Shown here: piece by piece, positions 25,562-39,213 of the stretch
Layout of the letters: each line of letters begins with the position of its first letter
Position numbering within the stretch: position 1 is the stretch's first letter
NCBI RefSeq assembly: GCF_006345805.1
Contig: NC_043015.1
Span: 5,270,001-5,334,000, forward strand
DNA: 64,000 nt
DNA from: Octopus sinensis
Taxonomy: Eukaryota
Direction of reading: 5' to 3'
Program-made: the position numbers and the translations under genes
The notes under the pieces: model-generated
Database searches by the model: none
Told to the model about the DNA's origin: nothing
Seen by the model: only the letters and a program-made list of their open reading frames with translations

Positions 25562-27792
25562 TGAATATTATTTGCTCTACGTACAATATGTAAAGCTTTT
25601 CTCGTTTGAGTGTTTTTTGTTATTGTTGCCGTTGCTGTTGGTGCTGCCGAGATGTTTGTTGTGTAGTCATATACTAACATTTCTCGAATAGACATGTGTA
25701 ACAGGCACCGAACACCACCTCGCTTCAGAGAATGTAGGATTATTCTATCAGATATACGGTCAAAGAAAAGGAGCTCTATAAGATTGCTGTTGGTCTGCGT
25801 CGAACAAGGCACATGCTATTTACTAAAACGAATAATAGGAATGCCGTGAACTTACTGTGGAAATTGGAACATCTAACTTTACGGAAAGATTCCTTCTTCA
25901 GGGAAAAGGTGAACGGAAAGAAATTTATGACACACGGCCTTTTTTTTTTTGTATTTCTTATCGTACACGCTAGGTAAAATTTGGATTGAGATTCAACCGC
26001 TGGAAATAGCATAGTGAACTCTAATTTGAGGCCTGCTTTCTCTTCGGTGTCATTGACTTATTGAAATGATATTAAATTGTATATCTATTTTCATACCTTT
26101 GCCTTTTCGCTTCCTCCTTTGATTATATCAACTATACCTATAATGTTTTCGACAACACAAAATAAAAATTGACGGTGATCCGGAATTTATTCCAACGGCT
26201 AAACTTGTTTCATATAATGTTAGAGCAATATACATATATGCAAAGGATTTTATATGTATATTTTCCAAACGTCATTATATGTCTTCTAAATAAATTAATT
26301 TCGAAAGCAAATTTTGCTCGATGCCATATATGTTACTTTTCAGTTAGATAATTACATACATACGAGAGGTTTTCAATTAATATAGTTTATTCCCCTTTCA
26401 ATTTTAATTTCGTTATCTTTGATACAAAACTCTGTTTATATCATATATCGTGCACATTTGATTGACTAGAAATATATTATCAATACCGAATTCATAATTG
26501 ATGAAAATATTCAAACATAAATGTTTAATTATCTAAACGTTTCATCTCTTTAAAAGCTCAGTGTAATGATTTTAAAAATAAATAATCGATGGAGTGAAAC
26601 TGGAATTGGCATCCGTTACGTTTCTACCCTCACTTTTTTCGATTACAAACTTCATTTTTGGCATGTTCCTTCTTCAAAATGTCGGCAAAATAAATATTAA
26701 CCTTATTCTAAACATCTCCAATGTCAACAATGAGGATTTTTATGAAACATGTCTTAAATATTTTGATATGATTTGTCAAGAGAATTTGCATTTTCAATTC
26801 CGATAACTTTTACAACGGTAATATGTGCGCCATTTTTTGTTTTTGTCGAATATCTGAGCATTGCTGCATTAGAGAACGTCTTCACAATATATCAAACACG
26901 ATTTAAGATTCAATATGTCACTTTTATTTCCCACAAAATTGCAATTCGATCAAATTTTTTTGTAAATCATACGCTATATTTGTTTCGATCAAATATGAAT
27001 TTCATTATTACAGATCAATAAAATAAACACCAGACCTATAATGGGCGACATTCAATACACTATATACATAGTGTAAATCAGTATCCTTCTCTCAGTGTAA
27101 AAGAAATCATAATAAGTCATTTTAAATTTGCATATTCGAATGGTTCTTCATATACGGACGTTTATTCAATAGAGTGAAAAAGTGTATATTACTGGTGAGA
27201 ATACATATCTTGTAAAATGTAGTTTCTTTCCTCGGGTTCAGTAAAACTAGTAAGGATCCCCGTTTCAATAAAAAAAATATCCTTGTAAACTTTCGGGAGT
27301 GAAATACCCATTTGAATTTAGAGATGAGAAACTTCAGAAGCTTTCCTTGAAATAGGTTCCAACTTGGTCATAGTTATCGGTCCTTTGTAAACTAATGCTG
27401 AATTAAAACATAAAAATGCGCCATGAACGTGATGAAGTTCTAGTATACATATCATAATTTTAATAGAATACCATTTATAAATTTCGTAATAGTATTCTTA
27501 TTATTCATATTCTTTTTCATTCAGATTTATTTCATGTTCCTCTGATATCATAACTAGAAAGAAATGTGTAAATATTCGATCACAAGAGCAAAATTCTCTG
27601 ATAAAGCAACAAGAGAGTCGTAAATATGACAGTCAGTCATACCGCCACGATGATAAATAGAATACCACTATTAGAATTTTAATGCTCATTCTTTGATGTA
27701 TATGATTACAGTGAATGGTTTTATATTCAAAGAAATGAGAACCATAGTATAATCGCTTACACGTCATGCTTTAACTAATCATTTATCTTACA

Positions 27793-28000
27793 TGTTTCAG
27801 TCATGTGCCTGCGACCATGCTGGAGCACCGCCTTTATAGTCGAGAAAATCGACTCCAGATCTTATTTATTTGTAAGCCTAGTACTTATTCTATCGGTCTC
27901 TTTTGCAGAACCGATAGGTTACGGGGACGTAAACACACCAGCAGTGGTTGTCAAGCCATGCTGGGGGGAAAAACAGACACAGAAACACACACACACAAAC

Positions 28001-28032
<32 letters not shown>

Positions 28033-28199
28033 GACGGTCGTCTTCCAGTTTCCGTCTACCTTACCAAATCCACTCACATGGCTTTGGTAGGCCCAAGGCT
28101 ATAGTAGAAAACACTTGACGAAGATGCCACGCAGTAGAACGGAACCCGGGACCATGCGTTTGGTAAGCAAACTACTTACACATAGCCACTGCTGCGCCT
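27793..28199 (-). mobile_element. SINE family A (older subtype)
   Basis: Reverse complement of the family A consensus, with internal microsatellite. Confidence 0.92.
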
Positions 28200-29210
28200 A
28201 TGCTTCCATACAAATCATGTACGTGTTTCGTCTGTGTAAATATTTTCCATGGATATTTATTGCATGAAGAAATTACACCGAATGCCCATACCTTAACACA
28301 CACATGCGTTTACAATGCACATATATCTCATTCTACAATCATTAATTCCAGTCTATTCGAAATAAGTTTTTTCATCGTGAAATTGACAGGTGTATAATTG
28401 CAATTAAGCACGGTTATTCGTGTGAGATATTTCTACTAGTGCCTCCAGTAGGTATAATCTTATTGAACTATATGGTATGGTTGATCAGAAGTTTTAAAAT
28501 GCAGTATGAGTGACATTTCCATAATCTCAGTGACCAATTAACTCTGCATCACGAGAAAGCGCATCACACAGTAATCTTTAGTAAATCTACAACGCACCAG
28601 CTTTTAGATCAGCTGTCCAATTTCAGGCCAATGTCATTTTAATTGACCAACAGACTTGAAAAACCGCTCGTAGAAATATTTTCCCTTTGACATACATAAA
28701 TAGAACGGTAAATTCTTCCAAGTCGTTCTTATGATATGAGGCAATTTGGCGCAGCCGTATTGGTGTAGCTGTCTTGACGCATGCTTATCTAGGACAGGAA
28801 TTCTAATGTTGCTCTCTCCCACTCTCAGCACCGTCTCTTTGTCTCTCTGCTATCCCCTCTCTTTTTCTCTCTCGGTTTGTATGAGGGACCATATTTTGTT
28901 TATCACGTATGCGTAAGAGGAGAGAGAAAGTGTTTTTGACAATCATTTTCAATTAATAAATTGTAATGTCGATCTATTCCTTTCTCTATTACTCTCTATC
29001 AGCAGGTGTATATTCCTCCGAACTTGGGTATATTTACGTCCAGCACCAAAAAGGTACTGCCGCCAAAAAAGAAAAAGTTTCAATGTCCCATCAACCGTGT
29101 GAAATTGCTAGTGTTCGAACACCTAAAACAAGTCGTCTTATTTCCTCTCTTATACATCATTATTTGTACAGTTATATATTTAAAAGAGATGCGGGATTAG
29201 ATAAATAATT

Positions 29211-29300
29211 TATATCATTTATATTTGACGGATATTTGTCCTCATCTTGTTAGCAACAAATAAAGATGAGGACATATGTCCGCCACATACAAATAATGTA
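29211..29300. repeat. Imperfect fold-back palindrome
   Basis: CGGATATTTGTCCTCATCTT (29229-48) versus AAGATGAGGACATATGTCCG (29263-82), 18/20 complementary; inner TTGTT-AGC-AACAA. Confidence 0.85.
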
Positions 29301-29575
29301 ATTAACGTATCATCATTTGTAGTTAGTGTCCAAAATATCAATTCACCACTAATGCGTTATGATCAAGTCCTTTATGCAGTCTATCATTGTTTTATAATAT
29401 ATTACTGGCGACATCATGTGGCGTAAGATTTGAGCACAAACTCGGTATTTCGAGTAAAAAGAAATATATATTAATGTATACATTATTTATCCTGGTATAC
29501 ACATATTTGGGAGACCAGACAACGGATACATTCAGTTCGGCGATAGTCATTTTGCTATATTGAAACCAGGATAAA

Positions 29576-29807
29576 GGCGGCGAGCTGACAGAATCGTTAG
29601 CACGCCGGGCGACATGGTTAGCGGTATTTCGTCTGTCGTTACGTTCTGAGTTCAAATTCCGCCGAGGTCGACTTTGCCTTTCATCATTTCGCGGTCGATA
29701 AATAAAGTACCTGTTTCGCACAGGGGGTCGATGTAATCGACTTAATCCCTTTGTCTGTCCTTGTTTGTCCCCTCTATGTTTAGCCCCTTGTGTGCAATAA
29801 AGAAATA
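29576..29807 (+). mobile_element. SINE family B (Meta-domain-like), full length, with TSD
   Basis: GGCGGCGAGCTGACAGAATCG (A box), GAGTTCAAATTCC (B box), GTCGACTTTGCCTTTCATC..GGTCGATAAATAAAGTACC; 17-bp near-perfect flanking repeat TATATTGAA(A/C)CCAGGAT at 29556 and 29808. Confidence 0.92.
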
Positions 29808-30539
29808 TATATTGAACCCAGGATTATTTGCTGAGTGCTGGAATTAAAACCGGATCTTCGACAAGTGTTATCTCGGCTTTCCTATTGCTTTACACCACTT
29901 CAATCATTCTCCGAAATGTTATATTAAACAATACTTATTTCAGTACTTTTGTAATGCATATGTATATGGCGTAAAGAGAGAAATAAATATGTTTAGCTTA
30001 TCAACACATCGGAATGTGATAATCAGTGAAACAGTAAATTTCAATGAAAGCATGATTTGTAAAAAGCACTATCGAAGAAATTCGAGTATTTATCACTTCA
30101 TATGTATGAGTAAACACAATATCTTCTCGGTTAATGGCAGTTCTAACCCATGCAGCAGCTGGAAGTTCTATCACATAATATAGATTCATTGTCAAGTAAT
30201 CAAAATTTATGGGAGCATTTAAAGCCAACAATACAACAATTTAATCAGATAAACATGTATTTCAGCTCTCGGGAATGTTCACTATTCATATAACTGGAAG
30301 TATATATGTTGCTTACCGTGAAATTCTCAATCATTATTTCTGACTGTGAATTCTCTTATATCGTACGAAATTTACATTTACGAGCAAATTACGCTATACA
30401 TTTAATATATATGTGTTGGCGTAAGAGTATGGGTGTGCGGATGCGTGTGATGTGTGTGCATGCGTGTGTGTGTGTGTAGGTTTATGCATGTATGCATGTA
30501 TATGTGGGTACTTGCAAATCTGTGATGTCTGCGTTTACG

Positions 30540-30781
<242 letters not shown>

Positions 30782-30934
30782 TTTACTTACCGATACACAT
30801 GCTCATGCACAAGTGCATACATGGTACATACACGCATATATAATAGTATGTATGTATGTAAGCATATATATATATATGTGTGTCTGTGTGTGTGTGTGTA
30901 CACACTTAAATATACATACCTTTCTAGTCGTATG

Positions 30935-30979
<45 letters not shown>

Positions 30980-31023
30980 CACATAAATACATATATATAT
31001 GTATATATATATATATATATATA

Positions 31024-31070
<47 letters not shown>

Positions 31071-31742
31071 TTGATGTGTGTGTTCGTGTGCATATGCGTG
31101 TTAAACCTGATTTCTAATTTACGTTGATAAATCTACTTCACATAATGAGAATATATGCAAACATTGAGTTACTATTTATAAACATGATTGCATATATATA
31201 ATGCGTATCTATACGTTTTCCTGTCAACACGTTTTCCTCAATAACGGATTCCTGCTTGCAGTCAAATACATGTAGCAGGTTTGGGAAGATATCTCATAAG
31301 GTGTTTCAGAGGAATACGTAGTCATCATTTTCTTAATTTTTTAACGTCACGTGTAGCATGAAATGTAATCCCGGGCTAGGAAAAAATGGTTAACTTCAGT
31401 TTAAGAGCAAACACTCTCCTTTTTTTATTTACTCACTTTACCTCATCCATACATTGTTGCGCTTATTATTCCTTAGCAATTCTGTCGCTTTTAGCCACCC
31501 AGTGTGAGGATAACTACTGTCTTTATTTAATGTAGAATTAGGTGTCATGGCTCATATATATTCAATATAATATCTGCACCTGCTTTTAATGCAATAATTA
31601 TGATCTTTACACCTATTTGCACAATACAGTTTATAGTATCCAGAATTCAGTGGATACGCCGAAACATCTGTAAATATGTTTAAAGCATACAAAATTATGA
31701 AACTACACTTGTTAATATATATATATATATACAGGCACACGT

Positions 31743-32401
31743 GCAGTAATCCCTCGCCACATCGTGGTTCACCTCTCACGGTCTATTACTTAAACTTACG
31801 TGGTGTTGCTTTGCATTTATAATAAAATAAATATATGCAAATTATAAAAAATAATTCTAAAAAGATATACGGATCTAAAAGTAATTGAGATATAAAGGAG
31901 TGAAACATATTACGCAGGAGTGGCTGTGTGGTAAGTAGCTTGCTAACCAACCACATGGTTCCGTGTTCAGTCCCACTGCGTGGCATCTTGGGCAAGTGTC
32001 TTCTGCTATAGCCCCGGGTCGACCAATGCCTTGTGAGTGGATTTCGTAGACGGAAACTGAAAGAAGCCCTTCGTATATATGTATATATATGTAAGTGTGT
32101 GTGTATATGTTTGTGTGTCTGTGTCTGTCCCCCTAGCATTGATTGACAACCGATGTTGGTGTGTTTTATGTCCCCGTCACTTAGCGGTTCGGCAAAAGAG
32201 ATCGATAGAATAAGTACTGGGCTTACAAAGAATAAGTCCCGGGGTCGATTTGCTCGACTAAAGGCGGTGCTCCAGCATGGCCGCAGTCAAATGACTGAAA
32301 CAAGTAAAAGAGCAAAAGAGTACAGTACTGTTTGTAATTTGCGGATTTTCACATATCGCGTGGGGGCGGTTGGAAAACCACACCCGCGAGAATTTACTGC
32401 A
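31743..32401 (+). mobile_element. Tigger/pogo-like MITE interrupted by a SINE A insertion
   Basis: Left end TGCAGTAATCCCTCGCCACATCGTGGTTCAC; right end ...CATATCGCG...CCCGCGAGAATTTACTGCA. Confidence 0.65.
31912..32320 (+). mobile_element. SINE family A (young subtype)
   Basis: Full length, nested in the MITE. Confidence 0.95.
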
Positions 32402-32460
32402 CATGTGTGAGTTTGTGTGTGAGTTTGTGTGTGTATTTCTGTGTGTTTGTGTGTGGGTGT

Positions 32461-32555
32461 GTGTGTGTGTGTGTTTTCGTGTGTGTGTGTGTGTTTTCGT
32501 GTGTGTGTGTGTGTTTTCGTGTGTGTGTGTGTGTTTTCGTGTGTGTGTGTGTGTA
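32461..32555. repeat. 20-bp period minisatellite (GT)nTTTC
   Basis: Four exact units of GTGTGTGTGTGTGTTTTCGT. Confidence 0.9.
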
Positions 32556-32571
32556 CTTTTATATTTTCACT

Positions 32572-32736
32572 TCTTTCAGTCACTTGACTGTGGCTATGCT
32601 GAAACACCGCCTTTTTAGTCGAATAAATCAAACTCTGAATTTTGTGAGCCTGCTTCTTATTCTATCGGATTTTTTTGTCGAACCGCTCAGTTACGGGGAC
32701 GTAAACATATCAACATCGGTTGTCAAGCGATGTGGG
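32572..32736 (-). mobile_element. SINE family A 3' half
   Basis: ttcagtcacttgactgtggctatgctgaaacaccgcc...ttacggggacgtaaac...tgtcaagcgatg. Confidence 0.85.
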
Positions 32737-33848
32737 CTCATATACAATATTAATTGTTGTGAACTCAGTACTGATGTTCGCTGGAAACTGTTATGAACTA
32801 ATCGCCCATTCTCGTGGTACCGTGCTTCGATTAAGACGTTTCAATTGAAGAAATTGACTGGACTATTACTAATCATACGCGTCTTGATACCTTGTGTATA
32901 TATAGTAGGGTTTACCCAACAGTAACCAGAAACGTTTTATGGGCCCTAATAAGTCACCTTTGGACCCAGACAATGTGAATTCGATAAGCTTGTAATCTTC
33001 AGAGACATGAGGGACGAACCTAATTATCGAAGATAGTAAAGAATATCTTACTGGGTGATAAATTATTTGCTAACAATTTAAGTAATATTTTGACTCTTCA
33101 CACATCACTGTTCCGGAATAACCACTTCAATGAAAGTTATTGACATTTTGGAGTATTAGTTGAACTGACCTCCAAATCATTTTTCTTTTTAAATGTATTT
33201 TTCAACGGTAAGAACTCGGCACTTAGATTACGTTCTATAAACGAAATGAATTTTAACGGAAACAATCAGATAGGATATCATCCACTTGTCCGATTCTTAA
33301 CGTTGAAAGATTTTTCTTTTATTTCTTGACAATCAAATAAGCTGTTTCTGTGTAATTTGTTCAACAACGTGAAATAACAAACTGAACATCTACGTAATAC
33401 TGTTGGAACAGCTCGGATCTAAAAAGTAATTAACATATAAAGGAGTGAAACATATTACGTGGAAAATTTGAAGGGGTCTATTAGAGACTTGTGACCATTA
33501 GCAAAAGTACGTGTGCTACGGACAGAAATTTTACAAGCTACCACGACCTACTAGACAAAGCAACTAAATTGCATTTTAAACACAACTTATTTTGATAATT
33601 GGATGACTTCGCAGTATCGGAATGCAAACTCACCAGAAACTCGGATATATCGGTTTCTGAACTTCTTTCTGGCATTCTGCTCTGAGTTTTGGTGGTCGAG
33701 TAATCGAATCAATGGTCTTGAAACATTTATTCTTTCTCCTTTTCTCTCTCATTATTTGTCCCCATTCTTTTCTTTCTCGCTGTCTCCGTCTCACTCTCTC
33801 TCTCTCTTTTTTTTTCTCTCTCTCTCTCTCTCTTCATATACAAATATA

Positions 33849-34053
33849 GGCGCAGGAATGGCTGGGTGGTAAGTAGCTTGCTTACCGACCACATGGTTCC
33901 GGGTTTAGTCCCACATCATGACTTCTACCATAACCTCAGGCCGACCAAGGCCTTGCGAGGGGATTTGGTAGACAAACACTAAAAGAATCCCGTCATTTAT
34001 ATATATACGGGGACGTAAACATACCAACATCGGTTAACATGGGATGGTGCGGG

Positions 34054-34095
<42 letters not shown>

Positions 34096-34290
34096 TATGC
34101 TTGTGTGTTTGTGATTGTCCACCACCATCCCGTGTCAACCGATGCTGGTATGTCTACCCCCCCTAACTTAGCGGTTCGGCAGAAGAACCCGATAGAATAA
34201 GTACTAGGTATAAAAAGAATAAGTCCTACGGTCGAACATTTCGACTAAAGGCTGCAATCAAATGACTGAAAGAAGTAAAGGAGAAAAGTA
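33849..34290 (+). mobile_element. SINE family A (diverged, rearranged)
   Basis: Head and tail present; short inverted internal piece at about 34005-34035. Confidence 0.88.
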
Positions 34291-34295
34291 ATATA

Positions 34296-34511
34296 CTCTT
34301 TACTCTTTTACTCTTTTACTTGTTTCAGTCATTTGACTGCGGCCATGCTGGAGCACCGCCTTTAGTCGAGCAAATCGACCCCGGGACTTATTCTTTGTAA
34401 GCCCAGTACTTATTCTATCGGTCTCTTTTGCCGAACCACTAAGAGACGGGGACGTAAACACACCAGCATCGGTTGTCAATCAATGCTAGGGGGACAGACA
34501 CAGACACACAA

Positions 34512-34562
<51 letters not shown>

Positions 34563-34724
34563 TGCGACAGGCTTCTTTCAGTTTCCATCTACCAAATTCA
34601 CTCACAAGGCATTGGTCGGCCCGGGGCTATAGCAGAAGACACTTGCCCAAGATGCCAGACAGTGGGACTGAACCGGAACCATGTGGTTGGTTAGCAAGCT
34701 ACTTACCACAGAGCCACTCCTGCG

Positions 34725-34727
<3 letters not shown>
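34296..34727 (-). mobile_element. SINE family A (young subtype), tail-to-tail with the previous copy
   Basis: Near-consensus reverse complement with (TTTTACTC)n tail. Confidence 0.95.
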
Positions 34728-34728
<1 letters not shown>

Positions 34729-34776
<48 letters not shown>

Positions 34777-34778
34777 AT

Positions 34779-34848
<70 letters not shown>
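34729..34848. repeat. (TA)n(GATA)n microsatellite
   Basis: Direct reading. Confidence 0.96.
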
Positions 34849-35117
34849 GGAATACATCCGTGATTAAAATGCAGAGCCATATCATTTTCTCTAATTCTGA
34901 TTCTGCCTGAATTTTGGTAGTTCAACGACAGTACATTGGGGATGGCAAAGCAGTCACTACAGCTCTCTATTTTTCTCTCCATTTATATGCGTCATATTGT
35001 TATAATGAACGCTATTTTTTCTTTTACTCTACATTCTAAATTCATTTATACTTAAATTTATCCTTAAATTACCTGCAAAATAATAGATATTTACATTTGA
35101 AATTCTTTTTAAATATA

Positions 35118-35281
35118 GGCGCAGGAGTGGCTGTGTGGTAAGTAGCTTGCTAACCAACCACATGGTTCTGGGTTCAGTCTCGCTGCGTAGCATCTTGGGC
35201 AAGTGTCTTCTGCTATAGCCCCGGATGACCAATGCCTTGTGAGTGGATTTGGTAGACGGAAACTGAAAGAAGCCTGTCGTA

Positions 35282-35346
<65 letters not shown>

Positions 35347-35550
35347 TTGTGTGTCTGTGTTTGTCCCCCTAGCATTGCTTGACAACCGATGCTGGTGTGT
35401 TTGCGTCCCCGTCACTTAGTGGTTCGGTAAATGAGACCGTTAGAATAAGTACTGGGCTTACAAAGAATAAGTCCCGGGGTCGATTTGCTCGACTAAAGGC
35501 GGTGCTCCAGCATGGCCGCAGTCAAATGACTGAAACAAGTAAAAGAGAAA
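35118..35550 (+). mobile_element. SINE family A (young subtype)
   Basis: Full length. Confidence 0.95.
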
Positions 35551-35739
35551 GAGAAAGAGAGAGATATGTGTATAAGGTAATCCAATGAATATTTTTTAAA
35601 AATGTATTCTGTATTCCAATTTTTATATTTTCTCCTCTTTTAAAATAGAATGTAGGATTTGAAGAATAATTGACTGATACTTCACTCTAACAGCTCGATC
35701 GAAGATGTAGTGTCTCTGTCGTGTTTTTGTTTTTCCTCC

Positions 35740-36136
35740 GGCATTTCATCCATTTAAATTGTGTCGCTACATGAACAGGTTAGAAACAAAATCACATCCG
35801 ATGTGTTTTGAGTACAATAGTTTATTTAAAATGTTGTTCCATTCCATTACAATGTATTAAAGACGCTCCGGGGAATTACACTTAAATGCTAATTGATTGT
35901 TGTAATTTCAGAGATTATGGTTGTTTATATTGATCATGTGTTTTTGTTTTTAATTTAAACCTGTGGAAGTGCTGAAGAAAAAAAATACATCGTTCCAAAA
36001 TGAATAAATAAAAAAAAAATATTTTAACCAACAATTATGTTTTCCCGTGCTAATATGATCTTATTGGATTATATTTAACATTAAGCTTCTGTTACCTGTC
36101 ATTGATAATTTTAGAGTTGATACGAACTACGTTGCA
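35740..36136 (+). repeat. Unclassified old dispersed repeat, copy 1 of 3
   Basis: TTTATTTAAAATGTTRTTCCATTCCATTACAAT...CTCCGGGG..TTACACTTAAAT shared with 41800-42196 (+) and 42955-43220 (-). Confidence 0.8.
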
Positions 36137-36253
36137 TTTCTCGTGTGTGTGAGGCGAATTTTTTAAATATTTACAGCTCATAAGTTTATGTAGAAAAAGG
36201 AGAATGTTGAAATCTGGTTCCAGTTATATGAGTGCCCATTGCCTTCCAGGTAG

Positions 36254-36520
36254 TAGAGGGTAAAGAACCCCTTTGTTTATGAATGACCATGGGATTTCAC
36301 CTAGAACGTTTCCCCTCCTAGATACAAGTCCGGCAAGATTCTTTACGGAAGACCAGTAGTCGCCCATGTATACCAGACTTCTTTCTCCACGCCTGTGTTA
36401 TCCAAGGGAAAGAAAATGGCCAATACAACTTTGCACCAGTGACGTCATAACTCATTTCTACAGATGTGTGAACTGGAGCAACGTGACATGAAGTGTCTTG
36501 CTCAAGAACACAAATCACAA
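36254..36520 (-). mobile_element. Head-less SINE-like repeat (family D)
   Basis: Its reverse complement contains GTGTTCTTGAGCAAGACAC..CACGTTGCTCCAGTTCAC, the central motif also seen in family C. Confidence 0.7.
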
Positions 36521-36530
36521 ACCTATTAGA

Positions 36531-36913
36531 AGTAACAAACATTCTTAATTCTGCTTAGAATATCTGTTTCGACCGAAAACTTGTTTTTCACATATTCATC
36601 ATTACCGTAGTTGATTTGGCCATATTTATTCCCAAATCAGTTGGTCGGGCAGTCTTAGCAAGAATGTAACAAACGTGATCATCCCCTCACAGTGTCAGGC
36701 GTTGCATATTTGGATATGGCTATCCATTGTGCGCTGGAATTGTAGATAAGCAAATGTCTATTGTAACTCAAATTATATTTTTGTCATTTTAAGTAAACAA
36801 AACTCACTGTCCTAAAAGAAGTGCTCAACATTATAGTTTACAAGGAACGAATTAGTAAAGATATGAATTGAAGGAAAATTAATTGCTCTGTGACATTGAG
36901 AGCTATCGGTTAC
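36531..36913 (+). repeat. Unclassified ~385-bp dispersed repeat (possible MITE), copy 1 of 2
   Basis: Colinear, substantially diverged match to 40118-40502; ends AGTAAC...GTTAC. Confidence 0.8.
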
Positions 36914-37017
36914 AAAGCGTTCTGTGAGAATAATGTTTTTGAATGGACGACCAGTTTTTTAATGCAATATAACCATCTCCTGAAAAGGATATGTGTGACC
37001 TATGCGTCCCCTGCAAA

Positions 37018-37222
37018 ATAAAGAAAGAAAGAAAAAAAAGGAAAGAAGGAAAAAGGAAAGAAGGGGGAAGGAAAGAAGGAAGGAAGGGAGGAAGGAAAAA
37101 AAGAAGGGAAGAAAGAAGGAAACAAAGAAGGGAAGAAGGAAAGAAAGAAACAAGGAAAGAATGAAGGAAGGAAAGAAAGAAAGGAAGTAAGGAAGGAAGG
37201 AAGAAAGAAGAAAAAGAAAGAA
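37018..37222. repeat. Purine-rich (GAAA/GGAA)n tract
   Basis: Direct reading. Confidence 0.95.
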
Positions 37223-37627
37223 ATTATTGTATTCTTTAATGTTTAACTAATGAAAAATAGCTTTTGCCTAGTTACAATATATGTCTTTGCCGATGGAACC
37301 GGATATTTTATAATACCGAAATGGATTTAAAAGTCATTAAAATAAGTTATTGTTTGATTTGATACCCGAGTTTGCAATTACCACAGACGCGTCAAAACTG
37401 AAAAATAGTGATGCATTCTCAAATGTGAAACAAAAATAAGAACAAAGCATTGCGACGATAGACGGAAGTATTGATAGTGGAGAAGCGTCTTTGTAACTAC
37501 ATGGTTCACGTCCTGTCCCACTGCCCAGAACCTTGGACAAATAGACAACTATCTTCAGTTCTAGCCTAGAGGCGACCAAAGCTACGTGATTGAAGGCTGA
37601 ATCTGAGTGGAAGTATGTGCATATATA

Positions 37628-37668
<41 letters not shown>

Positions 37669-38465
37669 AGGAAAAAACTTTTGATAAGCATAACAAATGC
37701 GCAACCGGTAAAAAGAACTTTCACCTAATTAAATTACTTAAATTACTTAAATTATTTTGTCAGCATTTTCTTCATTTCCTTTTTTATATATATATATGTA
37801 TTTGTGAAAGTGTGTGTGTGTATTATACGTCTGTGTGAGCGTGTGTGCGTCTGTCTGTCAGTCTACCTGTGTCCCTGTGTCACGTTTTGCCTCCTACACC
37901 AATTAACTACAGATGTTTATTTGTTTGTGTACATCCCATCAGACAGGCGAGGCTTAAAACTAAGCGTTAGACTCGATTAGTTTATCTGAACCCCTCAAGG
38001 CAGTTCCTCGATATCCAATGACTGAAACCGCAAACCGACGACTAAAAGAATTAACCGTTAAAATCTGAAAAATAATCGGATTTAAGTGCGTAGTGCCAAA
38101 TAATCACCAGAAAGAAGGGAAAGAACCTCTGTGAATAACAATGATTAGCGATGTTCTTTTTACGGAGGTAGTGAGGCCTGTATTGTCTAAAGATGAGAAC
38201 TACATGTACTACTTATTATCTCATGTGGCTATATAACAAATGCCACAAAATGTACACTATTAGACACATGGAGAATGTATTCGCCATAAAGATTAATCAT
38301 ATTATCAAGCAAATTGAGCAGAGTATAAGTTAATTTGGTTAATGCCTTGTAAATGATGTATCACGTAGATAACAATCGGTATGAGAATGGTTAGTATGAA
38401 GCTATAAATCATTTGTAAATTAGTCCAAGCTTTAGTTCAGTTGTGGTTACAGCATCACGTTACGC

Positions 38466-38883
38466 TTTACTCTCTTTTACTCTTTTACTAGTTTCAGTCA
38501 TTTGTTTGAAGCCATGCTGGAGCACCACTTTTAGTCGAGCAAGCCGACACCAGGTCTTATTCTTTCTAAGCCTAGTACTTATTCTATCGGTCTCTTTTTG
38601 CCGAACCGTTATGTTACGGGAACATAAACACACCAGCATCGGTTGTCAAGCAATGTTGGGAGGACAAACACAGACACACAAACATATACACACATACATA
38701 TATACATATACATATATACGACGAGCTTTTTTCAGTTTCCGTCTACCATATCCACTCACAAGGCTTTGGTGGGCCCGAGGTTATAGTAGGAGGCACTTGC
38801 CCAAGGTGCCACGCAGTGGGACTGAACCCGGAACCATGTGGTTAGTAAGCAAGCTACTTAACACACAGCCACTCCTACGCCTA
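38466..38883 (-). mobile_element. SINE family A
   Basis: Full-length reverse complement. Confidence 0.93.
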
Positions 38884-39213
38884 TAAATGACATACCTCAT
38901 ACTATTTCTCTGAGTAGTATGCAGTCGAAGAAAAGCTATGCGTACCAAGTTGTATGCACAGGTGTAACCAAACAAACGCATACTCATACGCCCGCATGCA
39001 CACAGACAGACACAGGCACAGAAACACACAGACACACACAAATATACACACACATGTCCACAAACAATCGAATCATTACTGTTTTCCAAAACATTTTTGC
39101 AATCTATTTCTAATTCGACATCCTCTACAAGTGAATGAACAAACGAGAGTAACACTCAGCACATTTAGTCAAGTGACAATTATTATTTAATAAAAGTGAC
39201 TCAAATTCATATG

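Noticed and set aside
32461-32555. Regularly spaced repeats resembling a CRISPR array
   Set aside because: It is a simple 20-bp minisatellite without unique spacers, in a eukaryotic context.
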